32,000 nt of DNA from Nostoc sp. PCC 7120 = FACHB-418 (GTDB lineage: Bacteria; Cyanobacteriota; Cyanobacteriia; Cyanobacteriales; Nostocaceae), in contig NC_003272.1 in assembly GCF_000009705.1 (NCBI RefSeq), positions 390,001-422,000 on the forward strand, read 5' to 3'. Positions within the stretch are counted from its first letter, which is position 1. Each line of letters opens with the position of its first letter. This document shows positions 8,960 to 18,300 of this stretch, one piece after another. The translations under genes were made by a program, and so were the position numbers. The notes beneath the pieces were generated by a model. That model searched no databases. It saw only the letters and a list, made by a program, of their open reading frames with translations, and was not told the DNA's origin.

Positions 8960-10573
8960 ATGAATCTCATTGAGTTTCCCTGGCTAACAGCCATAATTGC
9001 CTTACCCCTGGTGGCAGCCCTAGCCATCCCCATCATTCCCGACAAAGAAGGAAAAACGGTTCGTTGGTATGGATTGGGTGTCGCCTTTGCAGACTTTGCC
9101 TTAATGATTGCCGCTTTCTGGCATTATTACGACTTCCAAAGTTCGAGTTACCAATTTGTTGAAAAATACGCTTGGGTTCCTCAAATAGGTTTGAATTGGT
9201 CTGTAGCAGTTGACGGCTTATCAATGCCCTTACTGTTGTTAACAGGCTTAATTAACACACTCGCAATCTTCGCGGCTTGGAAAGTAACCAACAAGCCGCG
9301 ATTATTTTATGGGTTGATGTTGGTGATGTACAGCGCCCAGTTAGGCGTGTTTGTTGCCCAAGACTTGCTATTATTCTTCCTCATGTGGGAAATCGAGCTA
9401 GTTCCTGTCTACCTGCTGATTTCCATCTGGGGAGGTCCCAAACGCCGTTATGCAGCGACCAAGTTCATCCTTTATACTGCTGCTGCTTCTATATTTATTC
9501 TCGTAGCCGGATTTGCACTCGCATTCTCTGGAGATACAGTTACTTTCGACATCGCAGCCCTGGGAATGAAAGAATATCCCAAAGCGATTGAATTATTAGC
9601 TTATGCAGGATTCTTGATTGCCTTTGGTGTCAAACTGCCAATTTTCCCTCTCCACACTTGGCTACCCGATGCTCACGGTGAAGCATCTGCCCCTGGTTCG
9701 ATGATTCTGGCTGGTGTGTTGCTGAAAATGGGTGGTTATGCCCTCATTCGCTTCAACATGGAAATGTTGCCTGATGCCCATGTTTACTTTGCACCAGTCT
9801 TAGCAATATTGGGTGTAGTAAACATTGTTTATGGTGCTTGCTGTGCCTTTGCTCAAACCAACCTCAAACGCCGTCTAGCTTACTCTTCAATCGCCCACAT
9901 GGGTTTTGTGTTAATTGGTCTAGCTTCCTACACAGAAATTGGTGTTAGTGGAGCAGTACTACAGATGGTTTCCCACGGTTTGGTTGCGGCTAGCTTGTTC
10001 TTCTTAACTGGTGTGACTTACGAACGTACCCACACCTTATTGATGGACAAAATGGGTGGTATCGGTAAAATAATGCCCAAAACCTTCGCTCTCTACACAG
10101 CCGGCGCAATGGCTTCTCTAGCATTACCCGGAATGAGTGGTTTCGTAGGTGAATTGATGGTGTTCATCGGTATCGCTACCAGCGATGTCTACAGTTCCAG
10201 TTTCAAAGTTGTAGTCGTCCTACTGTCAGCAGTGGGTGTGATTCTGACTCCAATTTACTTATTGTCTATGTTGCGCCAAGTCTTCTACGGCAAACAAAGT
10301 GACGAGTTACATCTTGATGCTTTCGTCCCTGATGTGAAACCTCGTGAATTGTTCATCACTGCTTCTTTATTGCTTCCCATCATCGGTATCGGTTTGTATC
10401 CCAAGTTGATTACCCAAACTTATGATGCGAAGACTGTAGAAATTGCCGCTCACGCTCGTCAAGTTTTACCAGTGGTTGCAGGACAACAGCCATCAAGTCT
10501 GTACTCCCAGATTTTCACTGCACCAACACTGGCTAATGCTCAAGTTGAAAGTTTAGTTAATATCTCTAAGTAA
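8960..10573 (+). CDS. ndhD: NAD(P)H-quinone oxidoreductase (NDH-1) subunit 4
   Basis: NuoM/NdhD signature [35 protein letters not shown] and the N-terminus [16 protein letters not shown]. About 14 TM helices. I prefer the ATG at 8960 over the TTG at 8948. Confidence 0.9.
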   Translation: MNLIEFPWLTAIIALPLVAALAIPIIPDKEGKTVRWYGLGVAFADFALMIAAFWHYYDFQSSSYQFVEKYAWVPQIGLNWSVAVDGLSMPLLLLTGLINTLAIFAAWKVTNKPRLFYGLMLVMYSAQLGVFVAQDLLLFFLMWEIELVPVYLLISIWGGPKRRYAATKFILYTAAASIFILVAGFALAFSGDTVTFDIAALGMKEYPKAIELLAYAGFLIAFGVKLPIFPLHTWLPDAHGEASAPGSMILAGVLLKMGGYALIRFNMEMLPDAHVYFAPVLAILGVVNIVYGACCAFAQTNLKRRLAYSSIAHMGFVLIGLASYTEIGVSGAVLQMVSHGLVAASLFFLTGVTYERTHTLLMDKMGGIGKIMPKTFALYTAGAMASLALPGMSGFVGELMVFIGIATSDVYSSSFKVVVVLLSAVGVILTPIYLLSMLRQVFYGKQSDELHLDAFVPDVKPRELFITASLLLPIIGIGLYPKLITQTYDAKTVEIAAHARQVLPVVAGQQPSSLYSQIFTAPTLANAQVESLVNISK

Positions 10574-10623
10574 ATATATCTCTCAGCAAGGGTGCTGAAA
10601 GTAAATCCTAAATATGACGGAAA

Positions 10624-10651
10624 TTAGGGGTGGTTGCAAAACTACCCCTAA
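10624..10651 (+). terminator. Hairpin downstream of ndhD
   Basis: TTAGGGGT, 12-nt loop, ACCCCTAA, followed by AATTTTATT. Confidence 0.5.
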
Positions 10652-10673
10652 AATTTTATTGCACTGCGTGTGT

Positions 10674-10694
10674 CAGTTGTTAGTTGTTAGTTGT
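10674..10694. repeat. STRR heptamer repeat (NAGTTGT x3)
   Basis: cagttgt tagttgt tagttgt. Confidence 0.8.
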
Positions 10695-10763
10695 TTTGAA
10701 TCTGGTTTAATATCCCATCCCCTAGTGGGTGGTTTTTAGGTGTCTTTAGCACTCACTATCGAT

Positions 10764-10777
10764 TACTGACTACTGAC
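10764..10777. repeat. STRR heptamer repeat (TACTGAC x2)
   Basis: tactgac tactgac. Confidence 0.6.
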
Positions 10778-10810
10778 AAAACTCCACCAATAAAGGGATG
10801 GGGTTTTTAT

Positions 10811-11206
10811 TTATTTTGGAAATTTTTTAGACCATTCCTGAAAATCGTGTTCATAGGATTCTCCGCTAGTTTTATAAGCCTTTATACCAGAGAAGAATAA
10901 ACCTAACCCCCAACCCAATAGGGGGAAAATCGCCCAAAAATAGCCAGGGCTTGTTAACAGATTCAAAACAACCAAAAATCCGTTGACACCAATAAAAGTA
11001 ATCAGGTGTGTTTTAAATTCCTCTCGTCGTTGGGCATGAAATCTCTGCCGCTTTTTCTCTCCTATTTCTTGGCTCAACCATTCTTGTTCAGCAGCTTGCA
11101 AAGATGCCGATGAAACTCCTAGTTCTGATGCAATTTCTATAATTTGCTGCCGTGAAATTTCCCCCTGTTGCTGACGAGCAAAAGCTTTTTGGAGAATCTG
11201 TTGCAT
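10811..11206 (-). CDS. 2TM-domain membrane protein
   Basis: The C-terminal half FKTHLITFIGVNGFLVVLNLL..YFWAIFPLLGWGLGLFFSG matches the 2TM-domain pattern. I prefer the ATG at 11204-11206 (MQQILQ). The track start at 11248 is a TTG inside a heptamer repeat. Confidence 0.6.
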   Translation of the reverse strand: MQQILQKAFARQQQGEISRQQIIEIASELGVSSASLQAAEQEWLSQEIGEKKRQRFHAQRREEFKTHLITFIGVNGFLVVLNLLTSPGYFWAIFPLLGWGLGLFFSGIKAYKTSGESYEHDFQEWSKKFPK

Positions 11207-11243
11207 TTGTTCTGAATTGTAAGTCACGTCGCTTCGCTCCGAA

Positions 11244-11260
11244 TTCAAAATTCAAAATTA
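11244..11260. repeat. STRR heptamer repeat (TTCAAAA x2 plus partial; reverse complement of the 1377 repeat unit)
   Basis: ttcaaaa ttcaaaa tta. Confidence 0.7.
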
Positions 11261-11580
11261 ATGACCCCATAAATAAATTTAGCGCCAAGTCATAGCGGAG
11301 GTTTCCTCCGTAGACGCGCAAGCGGCTTGCCACAGTCATCTGAACTGCGTAAGAGAGGGGCTTGTATCCTTTTCATTTTTGGTCATGTAAATACCTAAGA
11401 AGGTGAAAAAATAGCTGGGCAAAAGTTGATTTGGAAACTTTAGCGACAAAACAATTAAAAATATATTTACCCGTTGTTATGAACAGCTAAGATTCATATT
11501 TTATATCTGAAAAAATAACCCATGCAGTAATTGAAAACACAAATATAGATATATCGAGCGAATCAAATTAATTTTAATTT

Positions 11581-12141
11581 TTAGACTTTTCGTGATTGAG
11601 GATACAGCCAGAAGCTGAATAAAAGGTTCACTCTGGGGATAACGACATAGGTTAATAGCAAAACCATAATAACTGTAATAATCAAGGAAATGAGGAAGGG
11701 GGGTAAGCCGCGTAATAGGGGTGTTATAAATGTGTTCAATAGATTAATCAAAATATATACAGATGCCCAAGTTAGTAAAGCTGTTTTATAGCGCGGTGGT
11801 GTCTTCAGTGGTTGGCCGGGAAGAGAAAACCAAGCTTCTAAGCCATTGATTTGCTGAACTTGGGGGTCAGATTCTACCAAAGTTTCGGCTTGAGTTAGCC
11901 AATATGCGCGATCGCGCGATGTCATCCATGCCTTAAGATTTTCATAGCCGTCAAACCGGAAGATAATCACGTATTCTGTTCGCACTCCGAGTTGAGGGCG
12001 AATCACGTTGGTTCCCATGTGACCAGGGTAGGTTCTAGCAACGGTGGTAATATCTTTTAACCAAGCTTCGTAAGCGGCTTCACATCCTGGTTTGACAAGT
12101 TGTGAAATGACCACTGTAATAATTTGATCGTCTTGTTGCAT
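11581..12141 (-). CDS. ABM (antibiotic biosynthesis monooxygenase-like) domain protein with C-terminal TM helices
   Basis: The N-terminal ferredoxin-like ABM pattern is ITVVISQLVKPGCEAAYEAWLKDI..EYVIIFRFDGYENLKAWMTS. Two hydrophobic helices sit at the C-terminus. Confidence 0.65.
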   Translation of the reverse strand: MQQDDQIITVVISQLVKPGCEAAYEAWLKDITTVARTYPGHMGTNVIRPQLGVRTEYVIIFRFDGYENLKAWMTSRDRAYWLTQAETLVESDPQVQQINGLEAWFSLPGQPLKTPPRYKTALLTWASVYILINLLNTFITPLLRGLPPFLISLIITVIMVLLLTYVVIPRVNLLFSFWLYPQSRKV

Positions 12142-12258
12142 TTCTATTGGTACTAATCAGAGTGGAAGTAAGGACGCACTGTGTACGTCCCTATAGATTA
12201 TTGAGGTGTAGCAAAGATTTTGTGAATAGGTATAAATAGGACTTGTTTCTGGTAATTT

Positions 12259-13167
12259 TTAAACAAAAATATACCCAGTTTTATTGACTTCCAAGCGCAC
12301 AACGTTTGCAGGGACAACTCCCGTAGGAGGAGGTAAAAACATCCCACCGTTGGTGACGACATAGATGGCAGTGCAGTCATCTGGACTTTGACCAAAGGCC
12401 ACAGATGTACTACCAATTACACCTTGCTCGGCTTGAGCAATAATGGTTGTACTGCCATCAGTACCTATTCGTACTACACTGTTGTAAATGTGTGTTGCTC
12501 CGTAAAGATTGCCTTCCACGTCAAATGCAAAGTCATCGATATTTGTTTTCTCAACAAAGATTTCTGGCTCACCTGGGACATCTGCTATACCAAGGGGAAT
12601 CCGCAGCAACAACATTTTTTCTGTATTGGAAACATATAGTGTATTAGCAAAACGTTTGATGCCATTGGCGGCGGGGATGGGGTTATCTGCATTGCTACGA
12701 GCCAGTAAAGAATGTTCTAACCAAATTGATGCACTGGGTTGAGCAATATCAATTAGCCAGATGGCACCACGATAGGAATCTGCTGCCAAATAACGGTTAT
12801 TGGATAGAGGAGTGACACCGTTGAGAAATATGGCATCTGGCAAGGTCAATAAGGTTTCTACTGTACCATTTTGATCAACTAAAGAAACCACGGGTACAGA
12901 ATCAGCATTCCATCCTGTGACGACTAAACCACTATTGTTAGTAAAAGCTATACCACTTACCTTGCCTGGAACGCTGGCATGAATCTGTTGATTGCCATCT
13001 GGGGTGATGCGGACAATTTGACCGATTTCATGATTGGTTACGAAGATTGTACCATCGGGAGCGATCGCCAAATTTTCCAGAAAAGTATTCACAGGGAATG
13101 AGGTAATCACTTTGGCTGGAGCCAAATCAACTGGAGTCTCTGCATAAATCGGAGGTAAATTCGTCAT
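12259..13167 (-). CDS. SMP-30/gluconolactonase/strictosidine-synthase-like beta-propeller protein
   Basis: 302 aa with repeated blade-like units ([45 protein letters not shown]). It lies 6 nt downstream of the SDR gene, so it is probably in the same operon. Confidence 0.55.
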   Translation of the reverse strand: MTNLPPIYAETPVDLAPAKVITSFPVNTFLENLAIAPDGTIFVTNHEIGQIVRITPDGNQQIHASVPGKVSGIAFTNNSGLVVTGWNADSVPVVSLVDQNGTVETLLTLPDAIFLNGVTPLSNNRYLAADSYRGAIWLIDIAQPSASIWLEHSLLARSNADNPIPAANGIKRFANTLYVSNTEKMLLLRIPLGIADVPGEPEIFVEKTNIDDFAFDVEGNLYGATHIYNSVVRIGTDGSTTIIAQAEQGVIGSTSVAFGQSPDDCTAIYVVTNGGMFLPPPTGVVPANVVRLEVNKTGYIFV

Positions 13168-13173
13168 ATTAAC

Positions 13174-13920
13174 CTACCACTGTAATTGAACGGGTCCACC
13201 AAACTTCCGCATCTCTGCAAAAAACTGGCCTTGCACTCCTCTATCCGGTAGTGTTGCCAAATAGACGGCTGTTTCTGCTCCCTCTTCTGCTGTAAACGGA
13301 GCATTATCACCCCCCATATCTGTTTTCATCCAACCAGGAGAATAGGCGTTCACCAGAATATTCGTACCTTGGAGTTCCTTCGCCAAAATAGCTGTGATGC
13401 CATTCACACCTACTTTAGAAAGTCTGTACGATGGCGCTAAAGGGTAATAATCATCAGAAATTGAGGACAGAGAAGCCATTTCTGTGGAAATATTGACGAT
13501 GCGACCGTAATTCTGCGCCTGCATTAAGGGAATTAATGCTTGAGTAATTCTCACTACAGCTAAAACATTAGTTTCCCAAGTGAAACGCATTGTTTCCAGT
13601 TGCACAGTCAGCAAGCTAGATTCTTCTGGCTTAGTTGTGGGATTTATGCCTGCATTGTTGACTAAAATATCTACTTTGCTATAGGTCTCATGCAACCATT
13701 TAGTAAACTTCTGAACACTCACATCATTAGTCACATCTAGAACACAATAATCTGCATCCAGTCCTTCACTAGATAATTGCTGCTTGGCTGCTAAACCATC
13801 AGCTTCATTACGACTCGTCAGAATGACATGGATACCAATTTGGGCTAATTTACGGGAAATAGCATATCCTAGACCTCGATTACTGCCAGTTACCACCGCA
13901 ATTCTCTTTTGTTCCGTCAT
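13174..13920 (-). CDS. Short-chain dehydrogenase/reductase (carbonyl-reductase-like)
   Basis: SDR motifs VTGSNRGLG (TGxxxGxG), NNAG and YRLSK (YxxxK) are present. Confidence 0.9.
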   Translation of the reverse strand: MTEQKRIAVVTGSNRGLGYAISRKLAQIGIHVILTSRNEADGLAAKQQLSSEGLDADYCVLDVTNDVSVQKFTKWLHETYSKVDILVNNAGINPTTKPEESSLLTVQLETMRFTWETNVLAVVRITQALIPLMQAQNYGRIVNISTEMASLSSISDDYYPLAPSYRLSKVGVNGITAILAKELQGTNILVNAYSPGWMKTDMGGDNAPFTAEEGAETAVYLATLPDRGVQGQFFAEMRKFGGPVQLQW

Positions 13921-13928
13921 TTTTGTGA

Positions 13929-13947
13929 CCTAAAGAATGCTTTTAGG
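13929..13947. promoter_or_regulatory. Dyad CCTAAA-N7-TTTAGG in the SDR/LysR divergent intergenic region
   Basis: Perfect 6-bp arms. It lies only 9-27 nt from the SDR start codon, so it may be a LysR-type box or a 5'-UTR hairpin. Confidence 0.3.
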
Positions 13948-14005
13948 TTTACTGTACTGAGATGTTATAAATTAAGCAAATTGATTGCAGCGATATATTT
14001 TATTA

Positions 14006-14923
14006 ATGGGATTAATAGATTTATCTTCCATTGACCTCAACCTACTGGTTACGTTTGAGGTGCTTTTTGAAGAGCGAAGTGTGACAGCAGCAGCCCAACG
14101 CTTGTATTTAGGACAACCAGCTATGAGTGCGGCTCTTGCAAGGCTACGAATACTATTTCAGGATGAATTATTCATCCGTATTGGTCGGGAAATGCAGCCG
14201 ACAGCAAAAGCTCTAGAAATTTCTCCAGGTATATCAGTTGCGCTCCAGCAGATTCGACAGACATTAGAATCTAGTCAAACCTTTGACCCAACAACTTCTA
14301 AACATACCTTTGCCATTGGTAGTTCGGACTACACCAGCTATGTTGTTCTACCCAAGTTGTTAGAGGTTTGTCGCCAGGTTGCACCAAGCATTGATTTTCG
14401 ACTAATTGGTTTTGAGAAAGATAGTGTAGGAGACCTGTTAGAACAACGAGAAATTCATGTTGCGTTGGGTTTGTTTCAAAATCCACCCCGACAAACAAGA
14501 CAAATGCCATTATTTGAAGAACACTTTGTTGGTCTTTGTCGGCGTGGACATCCTGTTGTTACTCAGGAGAGTATGACACCGGAAACCTTTGCTCGTCTCC
14601 CTCAAGCTCTTTTTACTCTCCGAAGAGATGACATTGGTGAAATTGATAAGGTGCTTGCTCAATACAATCTTCAGCGTCGAGTCGTGTTGACTACCCCCCA
14701 TTTGCTCATCTTGCCAACTGTCATTTCATCTAGCGACTTGGTGACTGTCATTCCTTCACGACTGCTGACACCATTTGCTTATAAAGATACACTAGAAATT
14801 TTTGAACTTCCTGTAAAAACTGAACCTTGGATGATTTCTATGTTGTGGAGTAAACTTACAGATCAGGATCAAGCGAGTATTTGGTTACGGCAGATGCTCA
14901 AAAGTGTTTGTGAGGGAATTTAA
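14006..14923 (+). CDS. LysR-family transcriptional regulator
   Basis: The N-terminal HTH is IDLNLLVTFEVLFEERSVTAAAQRLYLGQPAMSAALARLR, with a LysR substrate-binding fold after it. It is divergent from the SDR operon. I prefer the ATG at 14006. Confidence 0.9.
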   Translation: MGLIDLSSIDLNLLVTFEVLFEERSVTAAAQRLYLGQPAMSAALARLRILFQDELFIRIGREMQPTAKALEISPGISVALQQIRQTLESSQTFDPTTSKHTFAIGSSDYTSYVVLPKLLEVCRQVAPSIDFRLIGFEKDSVGDLLEQREIHVALGLFQNPPRQTRQMPLFEEHFVGLCRRGHPVVTQESMTPETFARLPQALFTLRRDDIGEIDKVLAQYNLQRRVVLTTPHLLILPTVISSSDLVTVIPSRLLTPFAYKDTLEIFELPVKTEPWMISMLWSKLTDQDQASIWLRQMLKSVCEGI

Positions 14924-14924
14924 T

Positions 14925-15131
14925 CTAAATCTCCGCAGAATAAGCTTCATCTACTTTCAATGTTGTCCCTGTAATGAATTTGGCATTATCGGAAATCAGG
15001 AAAGCAACTGTTTTGGCAAACTCACTTTAGGTAGGGGGACGACCAAACATCATATCTCCAGATACATTCCAGCCTTCTAATTCTGCCATTGAATCAGCGA
15101 CAAAAAAGGTGCGACGCAAACCATGCGAATT
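14925..15131 (-). pseudogene. Remnant of an SDR-family gene (C-terminal ~65 codons, in-frame stop)
   Basis: The minus-strand translation is ..FFVADSMAELEGWNVSGDMMFGRPPT*SEFAKTVAFLISDNAKFITGTTLKVDEAYSAEI*. The tail matches the SDR C-terminal consensus (..VAFLxSDxAxxITGxxLxVDG). There is an in-frame TAA at 15027-15029 and no N-terminal Rossmann part. Confidence 0.55.
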
Positions 15132-15301
15132 TTATCTGCTTTGTAACACTTGCCATATAGGGGAAATTTAAATTGAGGATTTCCAGTAAATTTGGGATAT
15201 GAGGATTATTTTTCTAACAAGATATTATGAACTTCTACTTTGTTTATTACAATATTTCGCTGGTACGGGAATCCTAAATCTGATATTCAAGATTTGATAA
15301 T

Positions 15302-18300
15302 ATGCTTAGTGTTCCCGGTTATGCGATTAGCGAAGAACTTTATAATGGTTCGAGAACCCTAGTTTATCGAGCCGTTAGAGAAGTAGACTGCTTACCAGTG
15401 GTAATTAAACTGCTGAAGAATCATTATCCCAGCTTTTCCGAACTGGTACAATTTCGCAATCAATACACCATTGCCAAAAATCTCGACTATCCCGGAATCA
15501 TCAAAACCTATAGCCTAGAACCCTTACAGAATGGCTATCAGTTAGTGATGGAAGACTTTGGCGGAATTTCTGTGAAGGATTATTTCGCCAATAATAATGT
15601 TGCGTCTTTAGAGAAATTTTTACAAATAGCGATCGCACTATGCGACATCTTAGACATACTATATCGTGAGCGCATTATTCATAAAGATATTAAACCTGCC
15701 AATATTCTCATTAACCCGAAAACGACACAGGTTAAATTAATTGACTTTAGTATTGCCTCCTTACTCCCACGGGAAACTCAAACTTTAATCAATCCCAACG
15801 TTTTGGAAGGGACATTAGGTTATATTTCTCCCGAACAAACTGGAAGGATGAATCGGGGGATTGACTATCGCACTGATTTTTATTCCTTGGGGGCAACTTT
15901 TTACGAACTATTGACAGGAACATTACCATTCCCGTCAGAGGATGCGATGGAGTTGGTACATTGTCATCTGGCAAAAGCCGCAACCTTAGTACATGAAACT
16001 AATACAACAATTCCATCTGTACTCTCAGACATTGTTAATAAACTCATGGCGAAAAATGCTGAAGACCGCTATCAAAGTGCATTAGGTCTGAAGTATGATT
16101 TAGAAAAATGCTTACTCCAACTGCAAGAAACAGGTAAAATCGAGAGTTTCCCAATTGCTCAGAGGGATGTTTGCGATCGCTTCATGATTCCTGATAAATT
16201 ATATGGACGAGAAGCCGAAGTAGAAACCCTACTCCAAGCATTTGAGCGCGTCAGTACGGGGAAAACCGAAATGATGCTGGTAGCTGGGTTTTCGGGTATT
16301 GGGAAAACTGCTGTAGTTAACGAAGTTCATAAACCCATTGTTCGGCAACGGGGTTATTTCATTAAAGGCAAATATGACCAATTTCAGCGTAATATTCCCT
16401 TCAGTGCCTTTGTACAAGCATTCCGGGATTTAATGGGGCAGTTGTTGACAGAAAGCGACGCTCAAATCCAGCAATGGAAAAGTCAGATATTAGCAGCCGT
16501 TGGTGAGAACGGACAGGTAATTATTGAAGTCATCCCCGAATTAGCAGGAATTATTGGTCAACAACCTCCAATCATAGAACTATCAGGAACGGCTGCCCAA
16601 AATCGGTTTAATCTATTATTTCAGAAATTTGTCCAGGTATTCAAAACTCAGGAACATCCCTTAGTGATGTTTTTAGATGATTTGCAATGGGCAGATTCCG
16701 CATCTCTCAACTTGATGCAGTTGTTGATGAGTGAATCAGGAGGGGGATATTTATTATTAATTGGGGCTTATCGAGATAATGAAGTTACCGATGCCCATCC
16801 ATTGATGTTCAGTTTGGCAGAAATTAGAAAAGCCCAAGCCACCATCAATACTATTACCCTTGCGCCCCTCAGTCACTCTAGTTTAAATCAACTGGTGGCA
16901 GATACCCTGAGTTGTTCATCGGCAATTGCCCAACCATTAACTCAATTGGTATATCAAAAAACCAAGGGAAACCCATTTTTCAGCACCCAATTTATTAAAG
17001 CAATATATGAAGATGGACTGATTACATTTAATGGGGATGAGGGAAATTGGCAGTGCGATATTGTGGGAGTTAAACAGTCATCCCTTGCCGATGATGTTGT
17101 TGAATTCATGGCATTGCAGTTACGGAAATTGCCACAGACAACACAGAATATTTTAAAATTTGCAGCGTGTATAGGAAATAAATTTGATTTAGGAATATTG
17201 GCGATTATTTGGGAAAAATCATTAACTGAAACCGCTACAGCCTTATGGAAAGCATTACAAGAAGGACTGATTTTACCCCAGAGTGAAGTTTATAAATTTT
17301 ATGTCGATAGGGAAATACAGGATGAAGTCAAAGGTTCCCAGACAGTTACCTACAAATTTCTACATGATCGCGTCCAGCAAGCAGCATACTCATTGATTCC
17401 CGTAGAACAAAAGCAGTATACCCATTTCCAGATTGGTCAATTGCTGTTGCAAGGGTTATCTCAAGGGGAACAAGAAGAACGGATTTTTGACATTGTCAAC
17501 CAGTTGAATATGGGGCTAGATGTCATCACCAGCAATGAGCAGAAACAAGAACTGGCGCATCTCAATTTAAAAGCTGGACAAAAAGCCAAACTCTCAGCCG
17601 CCTATCAAGCTGCTTACGAGTATTGTACCATTGGGATGAGTCTATTATCCCCAGATGCTTGGCAGCAAGACTATCCACTCATCTACAGTTTGCACCGTGA
17701 TGCTTCAGAAGCCGCTTATCTTTGTGGTAAATTTGACCAAGCCGAAGCCTTGTATGCAGAAACACTCACCTATGCTCAAGCTCCCCTTGACCAAGCCATA
17801 ATTTATCGCATACAGATGACACAATATCAGCTTCAGGGACGAAATGCTGAGGCGATCGCTATTCAACGTCAAAGTTTACAGATGTTGGGATGGACGATGC
17901 CCACACAACCGGAGATGATACAAGCTGGCCTAGATGACGAAATCGCCACAGTCCAACAATTTCTAGAGCAGCATACCATTGAATCCATCCTTGCAGTCCC
18001 CAAAATGACAGACCCCAGCATTGCAGAAATGCTGCGGATTTTACAAATTCTGTTCTACGCCGCCTGGCTCGATGGTCAAAGCACCTTAGCCCTCCTAGCA
18101 ATCGCCAAGATGACCACACTGTCATTAGAGTATGGTAATAGCGATATGTCTCCCTTTGGTTATGCCGGCTATGGCTTAATTGCTAATGGTGTATTCAAAG
18201 ACTGCGCTACTGCTTATCGGTTTGGGGAAATGGCAGTACAACTTTGTGAACAATTTGATAATGCTGATGTGCGAGGGATGACGAATTTCCTTTTTGCAGC

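Noticed and set aside
166-9591. Short ORFs nested in or antisense to confident genes: 166..363, 766..960, 1776..2003, 2289..2606, 3986..4177, 7342..7584, 7615..7860, 9033..9224, 9277..9591.
   Set aside because: Each lies wholly inside a longer ORF with recognisable family motifs. Their products are low-complexity or Pro/Arg/Cys-rich, as expected for off-frame translation.
1377-11260. Tandem heptamer arrays, considered as possible CRISPR or minisatellite loci.
   Set aside because: The units are 7 nt with no spacers and only 2-3 copies. These are classic STRR repeats, not CRISPR.
11088-11339. 83-aa minus-strand ORF overlapping the 2TM gene start and the upstream hairpin-rich segment.
   Set aside because: It overlaps the better-supported 2TM ORF in another frame. 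Its 5' half is made of palindromic repeat sequence.
11281-11340. Segment with two small hairpins (CGGAGG ttt CCTCCG at 11296-11310, GCAAGC g GCTTGC at 11318-11330) that resembles a dispersed Nostocales repeat or small RNA.
   Set aside because: I cannot establish copy number or conservation from one window. The second hairpin has a sterically impossible 1-nt loop. It is left as unexplained leader sequence.
12198-12742. ORFs 12198..12416 (-), 12388..12639, 12447..12647 and 12509..12742 (+).
   Set aside because: All overlap the beta-propeller gene (12259..13167), in an alternative frame or antisense. None has recognisable motifs.
14298-14701. Minus-strand ORFs 14298..14510 and 14510..14701.
   Set aside because: They are antisense to the well-supported LysR gene.
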